A stretch of DNA of 64,000 nucleotides from Lingula anatina (taxonomy: Eukaryota > Animalia > Brachiopoda). The position numbers and the translations under genes are program-made. The stretch lies in assembly GCA_051362555.1 (NCBI GenBank), contig CM120643.1, positions 11,754,644-11,818,643 on the forward strand, read 5' to 3'. The notes below the pieces were generated by a model. It made no database searches. It was not told where the DNA came from and worked only from the letters and a program-made list of their open reading frames with translations. Position 1 is the first letter of the stretch. Every line of letters begins with the position of its first letter. Positions 42,601-54,977 of the stretch are shown in pieces.

Positions 42601-44368
42601 TAACATGCCAAAGTAGTGAAGTATAATTTAAGTAGAGAAGCAAGTACCCCTTAATTATAGAGGTGTCTTACACAATAAGGTGTGTCTTACACACCTTGAC
42701 TCAAAGAGAGATGTGTAGTGAGATAACAGGTAAAGTAATTGGTGGAGCCTAGGTGAACTTAAAACCTTAAGACTTTAAATTAAGAAGCACCAGGATTCAT
42801 GTGTGTTCTTTTTTCAAAGGTTTAATATGAATTAAAACATATATATGTAAAAAGAAGACTAAATAAGTTAAAAATAACTATACCAAAGACACTGTGAAGT
42901 CAAACTTCCTGTTAGACCGCCATGATGGAAAATGCTGGGTGGAGGCAAAATTTTCCAGTCAAAAAAACTGAGCACTTTACTTTAACAACAAAGTTACCAC
43001 TCCAAAGCCACCCACAATGGTGAGAAGAAAAATGATGACCAACTGTCATGATAAGTCTTTTTAGATTTAAACATGAAAAAGGTAAAGGCCAAAATGGTAC
43101 ATTTACCCATAACACTAGAGTAAAAAATTGGTATTCTGAACAAATCAGGTTATTTTTTTCAAGAAATATTGGAGCAGTATCCATGCAATATATACCACGC
43201 CACGACCAAGATGTTCAAGAATCTAAACACACCAATTTTTTTTATAATCTTGCATTTGAAAAGTACAAAAAGCGGTAAGGCTTTTGGCCGTAACAAGCGT
43301 AACACTTTTTGATCGGAACTCATGAAAATTGTCAATTGTCGTATCCAAGCTAGACCACATGTAGTATCGCAAAAAAAACAATACTGCTCAAGCAAGTGTG
43401 TTGCACACATAACAATTAGTTAAATTTTATGACTGTCATGTGACACAAGTTTAAAAAAGTAGGAGGAAAATGTCTTTTGGAGTAATTTTTTTTCGAAATA
43501 TTAACAAGATGGCGGCTTAAGCATCTGCTTGTTATTCGGCTACTGAAAGTGCACCTAAGTTTTATTCTTGGCTATTGCCACAAATTACTTAACAATTGCA
43601 ACTGTATAAAGACCAAACTTTCTTCATCTGATACTATATTTATAGGCACTTGTTATGAGTGGGAAATATTTTTCGTGCAATATTTATTCTCCACACACCA
43701 CCTCGCGAGATCAACGTGTAGCTGGACACTTACACAGTGAGACCCTACGAAATAAAAGTTGCAATTTATCTTCATATTTCGTGTAGTTATGCATTTAAAA
43801 GCACTTACCTGTTTTTTTGAAAACCTTGTCCAACGTAATATCATATAAATTCTGTATTTCTCTCATTTTTTAGAAACTTGGGACTCCGTTTCTGTTTCTG
43901 TCCTCAAAAATCAACAGACGAAGGCACAGATACTAACAAACGAGATTTAAACGAGAGCAACAATTAAGCGTAACAGAGATAGGCATCCATTGTTCTCTGG
44001 GTTCTATTCATTCCGACCAATGAGAGACCGTAATACGGGCTCCGCCCCCACGCGTGTAATCTCCTTCTGTTATAACTCCTTGGTAAAATCAAGTTTTAAT
44101 ATAGTAGTTGGTCGTATAATGGAGGGACATAATACGGCACACTGGAGACGGTAGTGAACCTGCGTAAAACTTTCATCTGTAAACCATCGCTTTATGAGCA
44201 ATTAACATGTGCGTGAATGTGCGTTGTATTATATTAAGAACACTTACATTACAAAAAGATTTTTGACATCATGTCAATCTTTAAGCATAAATAGATTGCC
44301 CAAGTGTAATCTGAAAAAAGTAAGAGAACTTTAATCGCTATGTGGATCCTTATTTTTGTAGTAATAAT
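39643..44368. repeat. 416-bp tandem duplication; the second copy is split by the P-like element
   Basis: Copy 1 is 39643-40058; copy 2 is 40059-40196 plus ~44090-44368; near-identical. Confidence 0.92.
40197..44082. mobile_element. Non-autonomous P-superfamily-like DNA transposon, 3886 bp
   Basis: Perfect 31-bp TIRs caaggagttataacagaaggagattacacgc; 7-bp TSD gtaaaat (40190-40196 and 44083-44089); empty site visible in copy 1 of the duplication; no transposase ORF. Confidence 0.88.
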
Positions 44369-45879
44369 AATAATGAAAAAATGATGTATTTTAAAAATTG
44401 ATTTCTTCCCAGGTGAAATTTTAAAAATTGCTATTTCTTCCCAGGTGAAATGATCAATACATTTCATTACATAAATATAATCCAAAAGAAATCACTGAAA
44501 ACCATCGTAATCGTCTTCAAAGGCGACATTTGAAATGTTAATTAAATTTGACTTGATGTTCACCTTTATAGGGCAGACTTCTAAGTTCTCTTTATATCCA
44601 TATCTCAGAACTATGACAAGTAATATTACCTAAACGAATCAGTCTTTTTCTGCAGTTATGTTTATATTTACACGAAAACAATTTAAATTAAGTCCCAAAT
44701 GCCCTTTTAATTGCCAGGAGTCATACAAAAAAAATTCACACGTGCAAAACTAAATAGGCCTATAGCTAGTTTGAAAGATTTCAAGCAAACATATTGTTTC
44801 ATCAATGGTCAGCTGATAGCACCATTTCTCCTGTACGTTTGTTGTCCCAAAGCATTGTTACCAACATACAGTATTCTGACATTGTGAGTGACATACAAGT
44901 AACAAGTATGGACATAATATTACAACAAATCGTGCTGCTAATGTCTACAGTAAATTTTCTCTCATTCGGTTGCACTTGTGTGTTATTGAGGGAGGTTATT
45001 AAGTAGTGCTGCTTACCTGTAACAGGCCGATAGCTCTGGGTTGAAATGGCTTTATTATCATACAAATATCTGCAAGAGCAATATAAACAAATTAATTTGA
45101 AACAATGACATGAACAAAATTTACACAAAGTAAGACGAAAGACATGGAAGACAGAACAAAGAAAGAAAAATATAAGAGTTTAATATAACAAACAATGCCA
45201 AAAACAACATAAAAAATAAATATATAAATTTAGGGATGTATTAATTTAAACTCTGGATTCGTTGGTTCTTACTTTGATATAGTTACATTCACCTACAAGA
45301 GCACTAGAACAACTATTTCAACTATTCCAGCCTGCAACTCCGTCCAACTTTCAGGTGCAAATCAAAATGTACTGTATGGGCGCGGTCTTCAAACCCGTGA
45401 CCTCCACGTACACAAACGAACATTCACGACACACATCGAACACAATCACAACAAACACAACATATTAAGGGCTCAAACCTTACGTACCATATACATGTAC
45501 TTGTTTCTACGTCTTATAAAAGCTTAAACTTGTGAATTCACCACACATAATGTTGCGTCTTCCCTCAGCTGTGCCCAACTGCAGAGTGAGTATTCAGCTG
45601 ACACTACGACGGGCAACTTATTGTTATACAAATTAGAACAGATTTGGCCCATTTTGGGTGACAGGTTTTGGCTAAAACTGCTCACAAATTTTCGCTGTCA
45701 AAATATAAACAGTACATTTTTGATACAACTGAAGTCCACTTGATGTTAAAATATAAGTACAAAAACTATATTTTAAGAAAAAATCGTTTTTATGACTCTG
45801 TCTATATAACGATGAGGGCGAAACAACACATATGGCCACTAATGGCAATACTGATACTCTGGATATGGCTTTTTTTTTT

Positions 45880-47208
45880 TCACGCCTCAACTTTACTCGA
45901 AAATAGCGGACTATTATGATGGTAAAGACGTCGGTAGCGACCATCTACCTTTACACGTAAAAATTATACGAAATAACCGAATAGCAAGAGCACCAACTGT
46001 CTTACGACGGAACACAAGAAAAATAAACCTTGTTTAACCATCTAATTACTAACAATCTAATTAGCAACGCAGTCACACCAACTACCATGGAATAGACGAA
46101 GCTTGTGAGAATGTGACCGAAACACTAGTAGATGCATTAGAAACCGCATGCCCAAAAATAATAGTACGAGAAAAGAAAATTAAGACGCCTTGTTCAAAAG
46201 AAAGAAGGTCCTTATAAATTCATGTATAACTATATGACCAAACGGGTCAAAGAAGCCATCAAAAAAGAAAAACAAAAAGCTTTGGAAACCGCTACCTCCA
46301 TGCTAAACGAAAGAAAAATGGGGCATGTTTAAAAGGCTAACTAGCACCGGCAAAGCAAAAGAAACATCCGAAAAGCCTGTACTCAAAGAAAATGGGCAAC
46401 TTACAACAAACGATTCGGATAAAGCAAATGCATTTGCAAATACCCTTGGCAAGATACATAATTCCCACGAGGGGGGTCATATTTGGTACTTTCAAAGCGG
46501 CGGTGGAAAACTACGTCGAAAAACAAACAAACAAACAAACACAAATTCGATCCCTTATCCAGTCCGACACTGGAAGAAGGGGACAATCGAAAGATTTTAG
46601 ACAAAATCACAATAGATGAACTTAACTACCCCCCCCCCCCCCCCAAAAAAAAAAAAAAAAAAAAAAAAAACGTCGTCAGGTAGAGGGTAGCAAATAGCAA
46701 CCTGCCAGTTAAGATGGTTCGCTTGCTGACATCTTTGCTTGCTGACATCGCTTGCTGACATCATTTTTGAGAGACAGAAAGATCAAGGTCAGAATCAAAG
46801 GCAAGGTATCCGAATATGTAAGTTTCAATGCTGGCACGCCTCAGGGGTCTGTAATCAGCCCGTTGCTATTCCTAACATATGTGAAAATCATGTAAAAATA
46901 TTAAAAATAAAAATATTAAAAACATAGAAACCAAAGTGACGGGTGTGATAAAGGATCTCTAACTATGGTGCTCTCTATGGTGGATAAAACTGAACACCAA
47001 GAACACTCAATTAATCATCTTTTCAAAATCAAAAGAACAACCCGAGCTTAACCTCACATTATTTGGTGACCGAGAAACATGTGAGGAAGTCGCACTACCG
47101 AGAATCACATTCAACAGAAAATTAAGTTGAAAAAACATGTAGACAACACAGTGAATAGAGCCAGGAAAAGAACTGGCCTTCTCGTTAGACTCAGAGGAAC
47201 AAGCTGGA

Positions 47209-47245
<37 letters not shown>

Positions 47246-47995
47246 TCGAGTGCAGATCCTTCATTCGTCGCATACTCGAGATACGGGGTGGTCATACTGA
47301 CAGCTACATGTATCAACAAGGCAAGGCTCAAAGATCTACAAAAAATTCAGAATAGAGCGCTACGTATAGCGCTGAAGTTACCAACAAAAACTTCGATCGT
47401 AACGTTGCACGAGCTGGCCAACATCGAATAAATATCAAACAGACTATTTTTTCTGGGCACAAAAAACAATTAGCAGGTTCGAAAATAGCCAACTATTCAA
47501 AGAACTTAAGTTGAAAAACATAATATTAAGTAAACCAGGCAAAAATACGACCCTTGACTTACATAAATAATGATAAAAATTGTGCATAGCGGTCCTTGTA
47601 GATACTCCGGTCTCCCGATAACCGGAGGAAGAAAGGGAAAAATCACAGGGCCTGAAAAGGGCAACCCCATTCCTAAAAAAGGGTAAAGACATATGGGCTC
47701 CCGATAACCAGAGACAAGGAAATGGAATAGAATAATACTAAGCGGATAAGAAAAAAATATATATATATAAAATAATAATGACGAACATCTGGAAAAATAA
47801 ACAAGCAGGAAGGGGCGGCCAGCGCGCAAACTAGGAAAAACGGGTAAAAAAAAAAAAAAAAAAAAAAAAATACAAGTGAGACCAAAAGCCACGTACAGAC
47901 AAACAATAGAGGTAGAAGACAATAAACATCTTGTATCTCGATGCATTAGACTTTGTGACATTCCCGTGTCGGCCTCGCCGATACAAACCTATTAA
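45880..47995 (+). mobile_element. Old degenerate LINE ORF2 plus 3' UTR, same family as the copy at 62414-64000
   Basis: APE endonuclease end motif DVGSDHLPLHV at ~45927; colinear similarity to 62430-64000; internal deletions, frameshifts and expanded homopolymers; terminal hairpin gtgtcggc-ctc-gccgatac. Confidence 0.9.
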
Positions 47996-48053
47996 TTCAA
48001 CAGTTTTTCACCATTTTTTTGGTCAACTGTCGTATCAAAAGAAATCGCACAAG

Positions 48054-48578
48054 ATGCGTGGTAAGGGAGGAAAGGTACCCTCTACCAGGGCGACAGATTA
48101 ATTTCCCACAGATATACACAGATATGTCTATAGATAAATAGACAGTCATTTTGGCTCTCAGTCGATTCAGCAAAAAATGTCCCCAATTAGGCCTAAAACT
48201 GCGGCCCTGGTAGAGGGTAAAGGAAAGGCAAGCTTAAGAGCAAAGGGGACGAGCAGATCATCCCGTGCTGGATTTCAGTTGCCAGTGGGCAGAATCCACC
48301 GTCTGCTCCGCAAGGGTAACTATGCCCAGCGTGTTGGAGCCGGTGCCCCAGTGTACGTGGCTGCCGTCCTCGAGTATCTGGCCTCTGAGATTCTCGAGTC
48401 GACGGGAAATGCTGCCCGTGACAACAAGAATTGTTGCCCGTTACTTGGAGTTGGCTATTCGCAACGATGAGGAGTTGATCGAGCTGCTGGGAGGTGTCAC
48501 CATTGCCCATGGGGCGGTGTTCTGCCAAACATCCAGGCTGTCCTTCTGTCCAAGAAGAGCAAGTCAGCTGCCAAGTAA
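48054..48578 (+). pseudogene. H2A: Histone H2A pseudogene
   Basis: Aligns to 55731-56108; has a 144-bp MITE insertion, an 8-nt deletion at ~48430 and further indels; damaged stem-loop at 48609-48623. Confidence 0.95.
48076..48219. mobile_element. 144-bp MITE inside the H2A pseudogene
   Basis: 15-bp perfect TIR taccctctaccaggg; flanked by gaggaaagg / aaggaaagg (8-9-bp TSD of H2A sequence). Confidence 0.85.
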
Positions 48579-48780
48579 ATTAGCGCCTGCTAGTTTAAAC
48601 TGCAAAACGGTCCTTTCAGGGCCACTCACAAATTCCTGGAAAAGCTATAACAAAAAATGAATATATAGTAATGAGAATAAATAAAAATAAAATTGTAACA
48701 AATAAAGCACATATCATGCTGGGCCTGCAGTAACTATTATTGCATATGTATGTGAAAACAGCCGTGATGTTATGTTTAAT

Positions 48781-48800
48781 CAAGGAGTTATAACTCCTTG
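48781..48800. mobile_element. P-like element excision footprint
   Basis: Palindrome caaggagttataactccttg equals the fused ends of the 40197/44082 TIRs; 7-bp TSD gtttaat on both sides. Confidence 0.85.
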
Positions 48801-49809
48801 GTTTAATCATTTCCACGAGTTTATTGTGTACTAACATCTTAGTTATCTTACAAAAACAATGCCATGTTGTTATGTTTTCAGACACTGTATCCAGATTACT
48901 GTATCTGTACGTGCCATCAAATATATGAGTTGTTCACCCTATTTCTATTTATTTATTAATCACCACCTAAAGGGGGGAAGACACATACGTAAAGTTGAAC
49001 ACATAATAACATCCCTTAATAAATCCATTCCATGATACATAATAAGATCATTCTAATAAGGTCAGGTTAAAATATTGGACAAATTTATTATAAAGAATAA
49101 ACAGGATATATATATATAAAAACAGTTCAGATTTGCACCATGTTAGCTTCAAGGGCACCCACATTATACCCTGGACATTTAATTAAGAATCTAATGCTGT
49201 CAATATTATTAGGCCTGACAAGGAAGTATGATGGGTAGGAGTCTGTATATTTATATACAGTATAATGATTTGACAGGATTGATGTTAAAGGCAAAAAAAG
49301 CCAAATAATTAAATTACCCTTATGTGCATGGCCTGTAAAAAAAAAAAAAAAAAAAAAAAAAAATTGCCAATTGATCACATACATTCAAAATAATAATAAT
49401 AATAAGTACTTTATACTGACTACACAAATAACCAAACACACCTACCGGTCAGTATAATGAATAAAAAATATTTTCAACCCTATCTGGCAAAAATTGATGA
49501 AAACTGACAGTGCCGACACTTATGAAAATCACTCAAAATCACCATGAAACAACCCGTCTCCGTTTTTTTCCAAACGTGATGAAAATCAATCTACCACACC
49601 TGTCATCCATAAAAAATGTGTTAACGCACCCAGATCACTTCATTAATAAAGTATAAAGCCCCCAATTCAAGCTTTAAAGATGATCCAAAAATAACCTCAG
49701 AGAACAGAATTTGAGGGGGGGGGGGGGGGGGTTGGCCAGAGTTTTTCCTCTATTTCTCCCTTAATGTTGACAAAACCACTCTTCCAGTACTTTATACTGA
49801 CCACAAATG

Positions 49810-50470
49810 ATCGGACCGACAGTTTCAGCATTTCTGCAGAGTGTTCTTACTTGGTCTAGTACAACAAGAAGGCTTGTATTTATTTAAATGAAAACGTCCT
49901 GGAAAACGTTCAAGAATATTCTTATCTGGGCAAAACCTTCACCAATATAACCTTATAATAATATAACAATATTACCAATATAACCTGCACAACTTAAAAC
50001 AAAAAGTAATGAAGGCCATGTTTGCACAAAAAAGCACTTTATCCTCCAAAAACCTACTCCTACTCCAGTATAACAAATGATAGCAGATCCTTACAGATAT
50101 AGTTAAATCCATGCAAAACTACTGCATCAGACTTAAAAATCTTTGAAATACAAGAATATTGAAACAAATATTACACAAAAAATACATTGCCAAAATGAGA
50201 ATAAGTGACCATGAGCCATGGTGATGGAGACAGGCAGGCACATGAAAATCCCTCTGGAAGAAAGAACCTGCACACATTGTAAAACAGAGGACAAGTAACC
50301 TTTCTTCCTCACTTGCAGCAAGTACCAAACAGAGCGACAAAGCTCAATTCCCTCCCAAATACTGAGAGATAAGATTATGAATTAGCAGGCAGTGATCAGA
50401 AACTATTATTCATCCTCCTCAACCCTCAAGGTCATAAATCAATATTTATAGCACAATGGATAAGCCCATC
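49810..50470 (+). mobile_element. Degenerate LINE 3' fragment, RTE-X-like
   Basis: AKMRISDH..METGRHMKIPLEERTCTHCK..ED..FFLTCSKY C-terminal zinc-finger motif across frameshifts. Confidence 0.65.
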
Positions 50471-50943
50471 ACAGTAACTTTTAGCTTGGATATATATTTT
50501 ATCCCTTATTTTAACATATATTTATATTTTTGATGTAAGCATAAGAAAGTAGTGTTAGAAGTAGCTTAGACAGCACACAATGTTTAATTGTTAAACAAAG
50601 TATTACAGTCTTTATTTCTTAATTGAGCTGTTATAATCTGAATCAAAGGCGCATAAGGTGCTGAAATAGTACATAAAAAAAAAAAAAAAGAAAGCCGCTT
50701 TAATATTTAATTTGGTGTATTTTGTTCTGAGACTATGACGTTTATTGTAATACTGGTCTGTATTTCATTGTGCACAAGTTCGCATTTTTTTGGGCCCTAT
50801 TGGTACCCTATAGGAAAGGAGCTGTTACAGAAGTCTTGACGTGGGAGATAAAAAGCATCATAAACGCTAGTCATGTTAACGACCAGTATAATTTACATGA
50901 AGAGACTTGAACATAATAGGCATAGCTTTTCACGAGTTTTGGT

Positions 50944-50959
50944 GGTCCTGAAAAGGACC
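50944..50959 (-). terminator. H4 3' stem-loop (SLBP site)
   Basis: aaac-ggtccttttcaggacc-acc on the - strand, followed by gaaaagcta. Confidence 0.95.
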
Positions 50960-50988
50960 GTTTTGAGGAGTAGAGCTAAATAATTAGT

Positions 50989-51339
<351 letters not shown>

Positions 51340-51851
51340 TCAATATTCGGCTTATAAATACCCTACTATCCGACGCCAACGACCTTAGGCAGCATATGTT
51401 AACTTGATTGGCCAAAACGATCGAGTCACTCTCCACGCAGAATCCCTTCACTTCTCTCAGTTAGCAATGATCCACTGCTTGGAGATTATTATTTGATTCA
51501 GAAAATTGTTCTCTGTGCCATACACTAAACTCTTAACCCTAAGCATGAGTACATTCTAATATTTTCTTCCTAAAAGCCGATTTCAAGAAGAAATTTATGG
51601 GAGTTTCATACGGCAAAGTTTTGTTAAGTTTGTTTTTACAAGGATTTACAAATTTGATGATACACACAGAAATATAGCATATTTGTGCACTCTGCCTCGG
51701 ATTCAAAGCTGCACATTCTAGCGCACCTGTTTCGGAGTAATGAATATTCAATAATTATGTGAAAATACATCCAATCATATTTGCCTGAAATAGGGCAGGA
51801 ATTTGGGTCACCCAATCACCAAATAGACCGCCTTATTACAAATCTCTGTAG

Positions 51852-52310
<459 letters not shown>

Positions 52311-52336
52311 CTTCTTGATTTTATATCTAACAAAAC

Positions 52337-52352
52337 GGTCCTTTTCAGGACC
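52337..52352 (+). terminator. H3 3' stem-loop
   Basis: ggtccttttcaggacc, then gaaaagcta. Confidence 0.95.
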
Positions 52353-52564
52353 ACCTCAACAAATCCAGAAAAGCTAGACCATTACGTGTTTATATATTGA
52401 TTCAAACCTCATAAATTAATGTTCTTAACTAAAGGAATAAAATGCAATATATTTGTCTATATTCAGTCAGTGTGCCCTGTAAAGCATACGGCCTTGGGAA
52501 TTGCTGTAATCCTTACAAATTACTTTCTATTTTCATAGATTTAACTTCACTGTAGACTCTTTTA

Positions 52565-52950
52565 TAAAATTAGATTTCAAAAAAATATACTGATGTCACC
52601 TGCGTCTGTCGTTGCTGTGCCCTGTCACCGATAACATTTGAACTTTTACCTGTTGGCTTGAAACTTACATAATTGAGGAATATTGAGTAAACACTAGTTA
52701 GGTTCGAAAATCGGCATGATCGGTCCATTTTTTTTCTGAAGTTATGCTGTATTTATTTTATTATTATTATTATTTATTTTTTTTTTTAGAATATATGCAA
52801 CACTGATAACACATTTCAAGGAAAACCAATAAACCTATTGTCTTGAAACCTACATGAGTTATCAATCTGACTGACATAAAGGTCGAATTCAAAAATCAGC
52901 ATGATTGGACCAATTTTTTCAAAAGTATACTTGTTTTGCTGCTGACTCCT
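52565..52950. repeat. ~390-bp spacer segment present only in unit 1 (repeat or HINE-like remnant)
   Basis: Absent at ~59930 in unit 2; internal repeated module ttgaaac.tacat...aaaatc.gcatgat.gg.cca.ttttt. Confidence 0.7.
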
Positions 52951-54432
52951 AACACAATTTGGAATCTCTACAGCCTTACAAAGCACTGGATGCTGTCACA
53001 TCTAACACATTCCATATCATTCCCAGTCTTACTTACCCGCTCTGTCTGTTGCATTAAAACAAAATGTAGTGCTTTACAGGCTTTTTATGCAATCCTTTGT
53101 GTTAAGTAAACTCTTCTATGAGTTTGGAGATAATGCAGTCTGTATAGTTAATCCGTGCATATCTGCTATTTCTTGCTCTAGAGCCTGAAATAAAATGTAA
53201 ATAAAAATCTGATATTAATGTCTTTGCTTTTTGTGATGAATATAGTTATCACAAAATATGATAAACTAAAATTTGCATAGTTGTTCCCAAAAAATTCTTG
53301 AAACAGACTGCATAAATAATGTAAATGGAGAGCTTAATTGTGCAGATTTTTTCTTAAAACTTGCCAACAGAAGAGAGATGTAACTACATGTATGTCTTGG
53401 TTTCACATGTTATTACTCTTTTCCTATAACAAAAAAAAAAAAAAGTAACTTTTTAGAAAAAAAACAGGGACTAACTTTGATTGCAGAAATGCATTCATTA
53501 ACCACTGGTAAGCATGGGAAAAATTGTTGTTTACTCCAGAAAAATTCATTTTTTGGTTTAAACGAACACTTATTATCCCTTTTAGGCACTTTATTTCAAA
53601 GAGAGATTTTTATTTATTTATTTGTTTATTTATTTATTAATTTTTTTTGAAAACATTATTTTTTTATCTGTCGTAAATGTCAACAGGACCAAATAGAAGA
53701 GGAAAATCTTTTTTCTTACTGCCTAGCCTAGTGTGCTGTGCTTTGCTAAAACCATAGCAGCTCCAATATCTTGTTGCTGTTAACAAATAATCAGTGATTT
53801 CACTTAATTTAAATGCTACATACTACATGAAAATAAAAAAGTAAAGCGTGCACTAATCAGCAGTGTAAAACATGACAACTAACGAGTGATCCTTGCTTCA
53901 GAAAGAGATAGAATTTCAGTTGAAAGAGAATCTTTTTTAGGCGAGTAACTAAGAATTAGTGCAGTAAGCACTATGCTAAATGGTGAAGCAGAAAAATATT
54001 GTCTGATCAACTAGCTCTGCTCATGCTACTGCAAGGGAATTTCTCTCTCTCTCTGTCAGTACGTTGGGCCATGAAATTTTCTTGTCCCATTTCCAAATCA
54101 CATTGCAGCACAGAGATATAGCATTCATATTCATTGCCTTGGAAATTAAAATTGTGTGTTGAGGTTCATCATTGCTTCTACTTTTCAAACAGGTGTGAGA
54201 TAATTTACTTAGTGGTTTAGGTGTTTAGAAACACAGCCATAATGGCAGCAGAGAAAATGCAATGTGTGCAAAAATAAATAAATAAATAAATAAAAAAAAA
54301 TAAATAAAATAAGAAGAATGCAAAACGAATTCCTCAGTGTCAAAGTGTAGGGATTCATGTACGTGTGCGAACACGATAATTCCAGTTAGTTCTTATTGAC
54401 ATTAGGTATAGCTTTTCTGGAAAGATGTGGTT

Positions 54433-54448
54433 GGTCCTGAAAAGGACC
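54433..54448 (-). terminator. H2B 3' stem-loop
   Basis: ggtccttttcaggacc on the - strand, then gaaaagcta. Confidence 0.95.
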
Positions 54449-54476
54449 GTTTTGTGCAAATCAATGACTTGTTGAT

Positions 54477-54845
54477 TTACTTGGAGCTGGTGTACTTGGT
54501 GACGGCCTTTGTGCCCTCACTGACAGCGTGCTTGGCAAGCTCACCAGGCAGCAAGAGACGGACAGCGGTCTGGACCTCTCGGCTGGTGATGGTAGAACGC
54601 TTGTTGTAGTGGGCAAGGCGGGAAGCTTCACCGGCAATACGTTCAAAGATGTCATTGACAAAGCTGTTCATGATGCTCATGGCTTTGCTGGAGATACCGG
54701 TGTCAGGGTGCACCTGTTTCATCACTTTGTAGATGTAGATGCTGTAGCTTTCCTTTCTCTTCCTCCTTCTCTTCTTGTCACCACTACGTGCGGCCTTAGC
54801 CTTACCGGCTTTCTTGGCGCCCTTGGAGCTCACTTTGGGAGGCAT
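54477..54845 (-). CDS. H2B: Histone H2B
   Basis: Canonical 122-aa H2B. Confidence 0.99.
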   Translation of the reverse strand: MPPKVSSKGAKKAGKAKAARSGDKKRRRKRKESYSIYIYKVMKQVHPDTGISSKAMSIMNSFVNDIFERIAGEASRLAHYNKRSTITSREVQTAVRLLLPGELAKHAVSEGTKAVTKYTSSK

Positions 54846-54904
54846 GATTCTTGTATTCTAGCGTACAAATTGAACATTGAATGCTGGAGGAAGGGAGCGT
54901 TTTG

Positions 54905-54977
54905 TATTTATGCAATTCAGTATGCAAATAAGGGGATCCAGCGCTACACGTTGTGAAATACACAATCGGATTGGCTG
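54905..54977 (-). promoter_or_regulatory. H2B promoter: TATA-like box, octamer, CCAAT
   Basis: On the - strand: cagccaatc, ccttatttgcata (octamer at 54922-54929) and cataaata. Confidence 0.8.

Noticed and set aside
45375-45430. tRNA B-box-like motif on the - strand
   Set aside because: No A box or cloverleaf; at most a decayed SINE head
47205-47245. Long G run giving a poly-Pro ORF
   Set aside because: Expansion of a G6 seen in the young LINE copy, or a sequencing artefact; not coding
48177-48660. H2A variant ORFs with novel termini
   Set aside because: They are products of the MITE insertion and frameshifts in a pseudogene
52436-52441. aataaa downstream of H3 suggesting dual 3' processing
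   Set aside because: Expected by chance in AT-rich spacer and not positionally shared among the four genes
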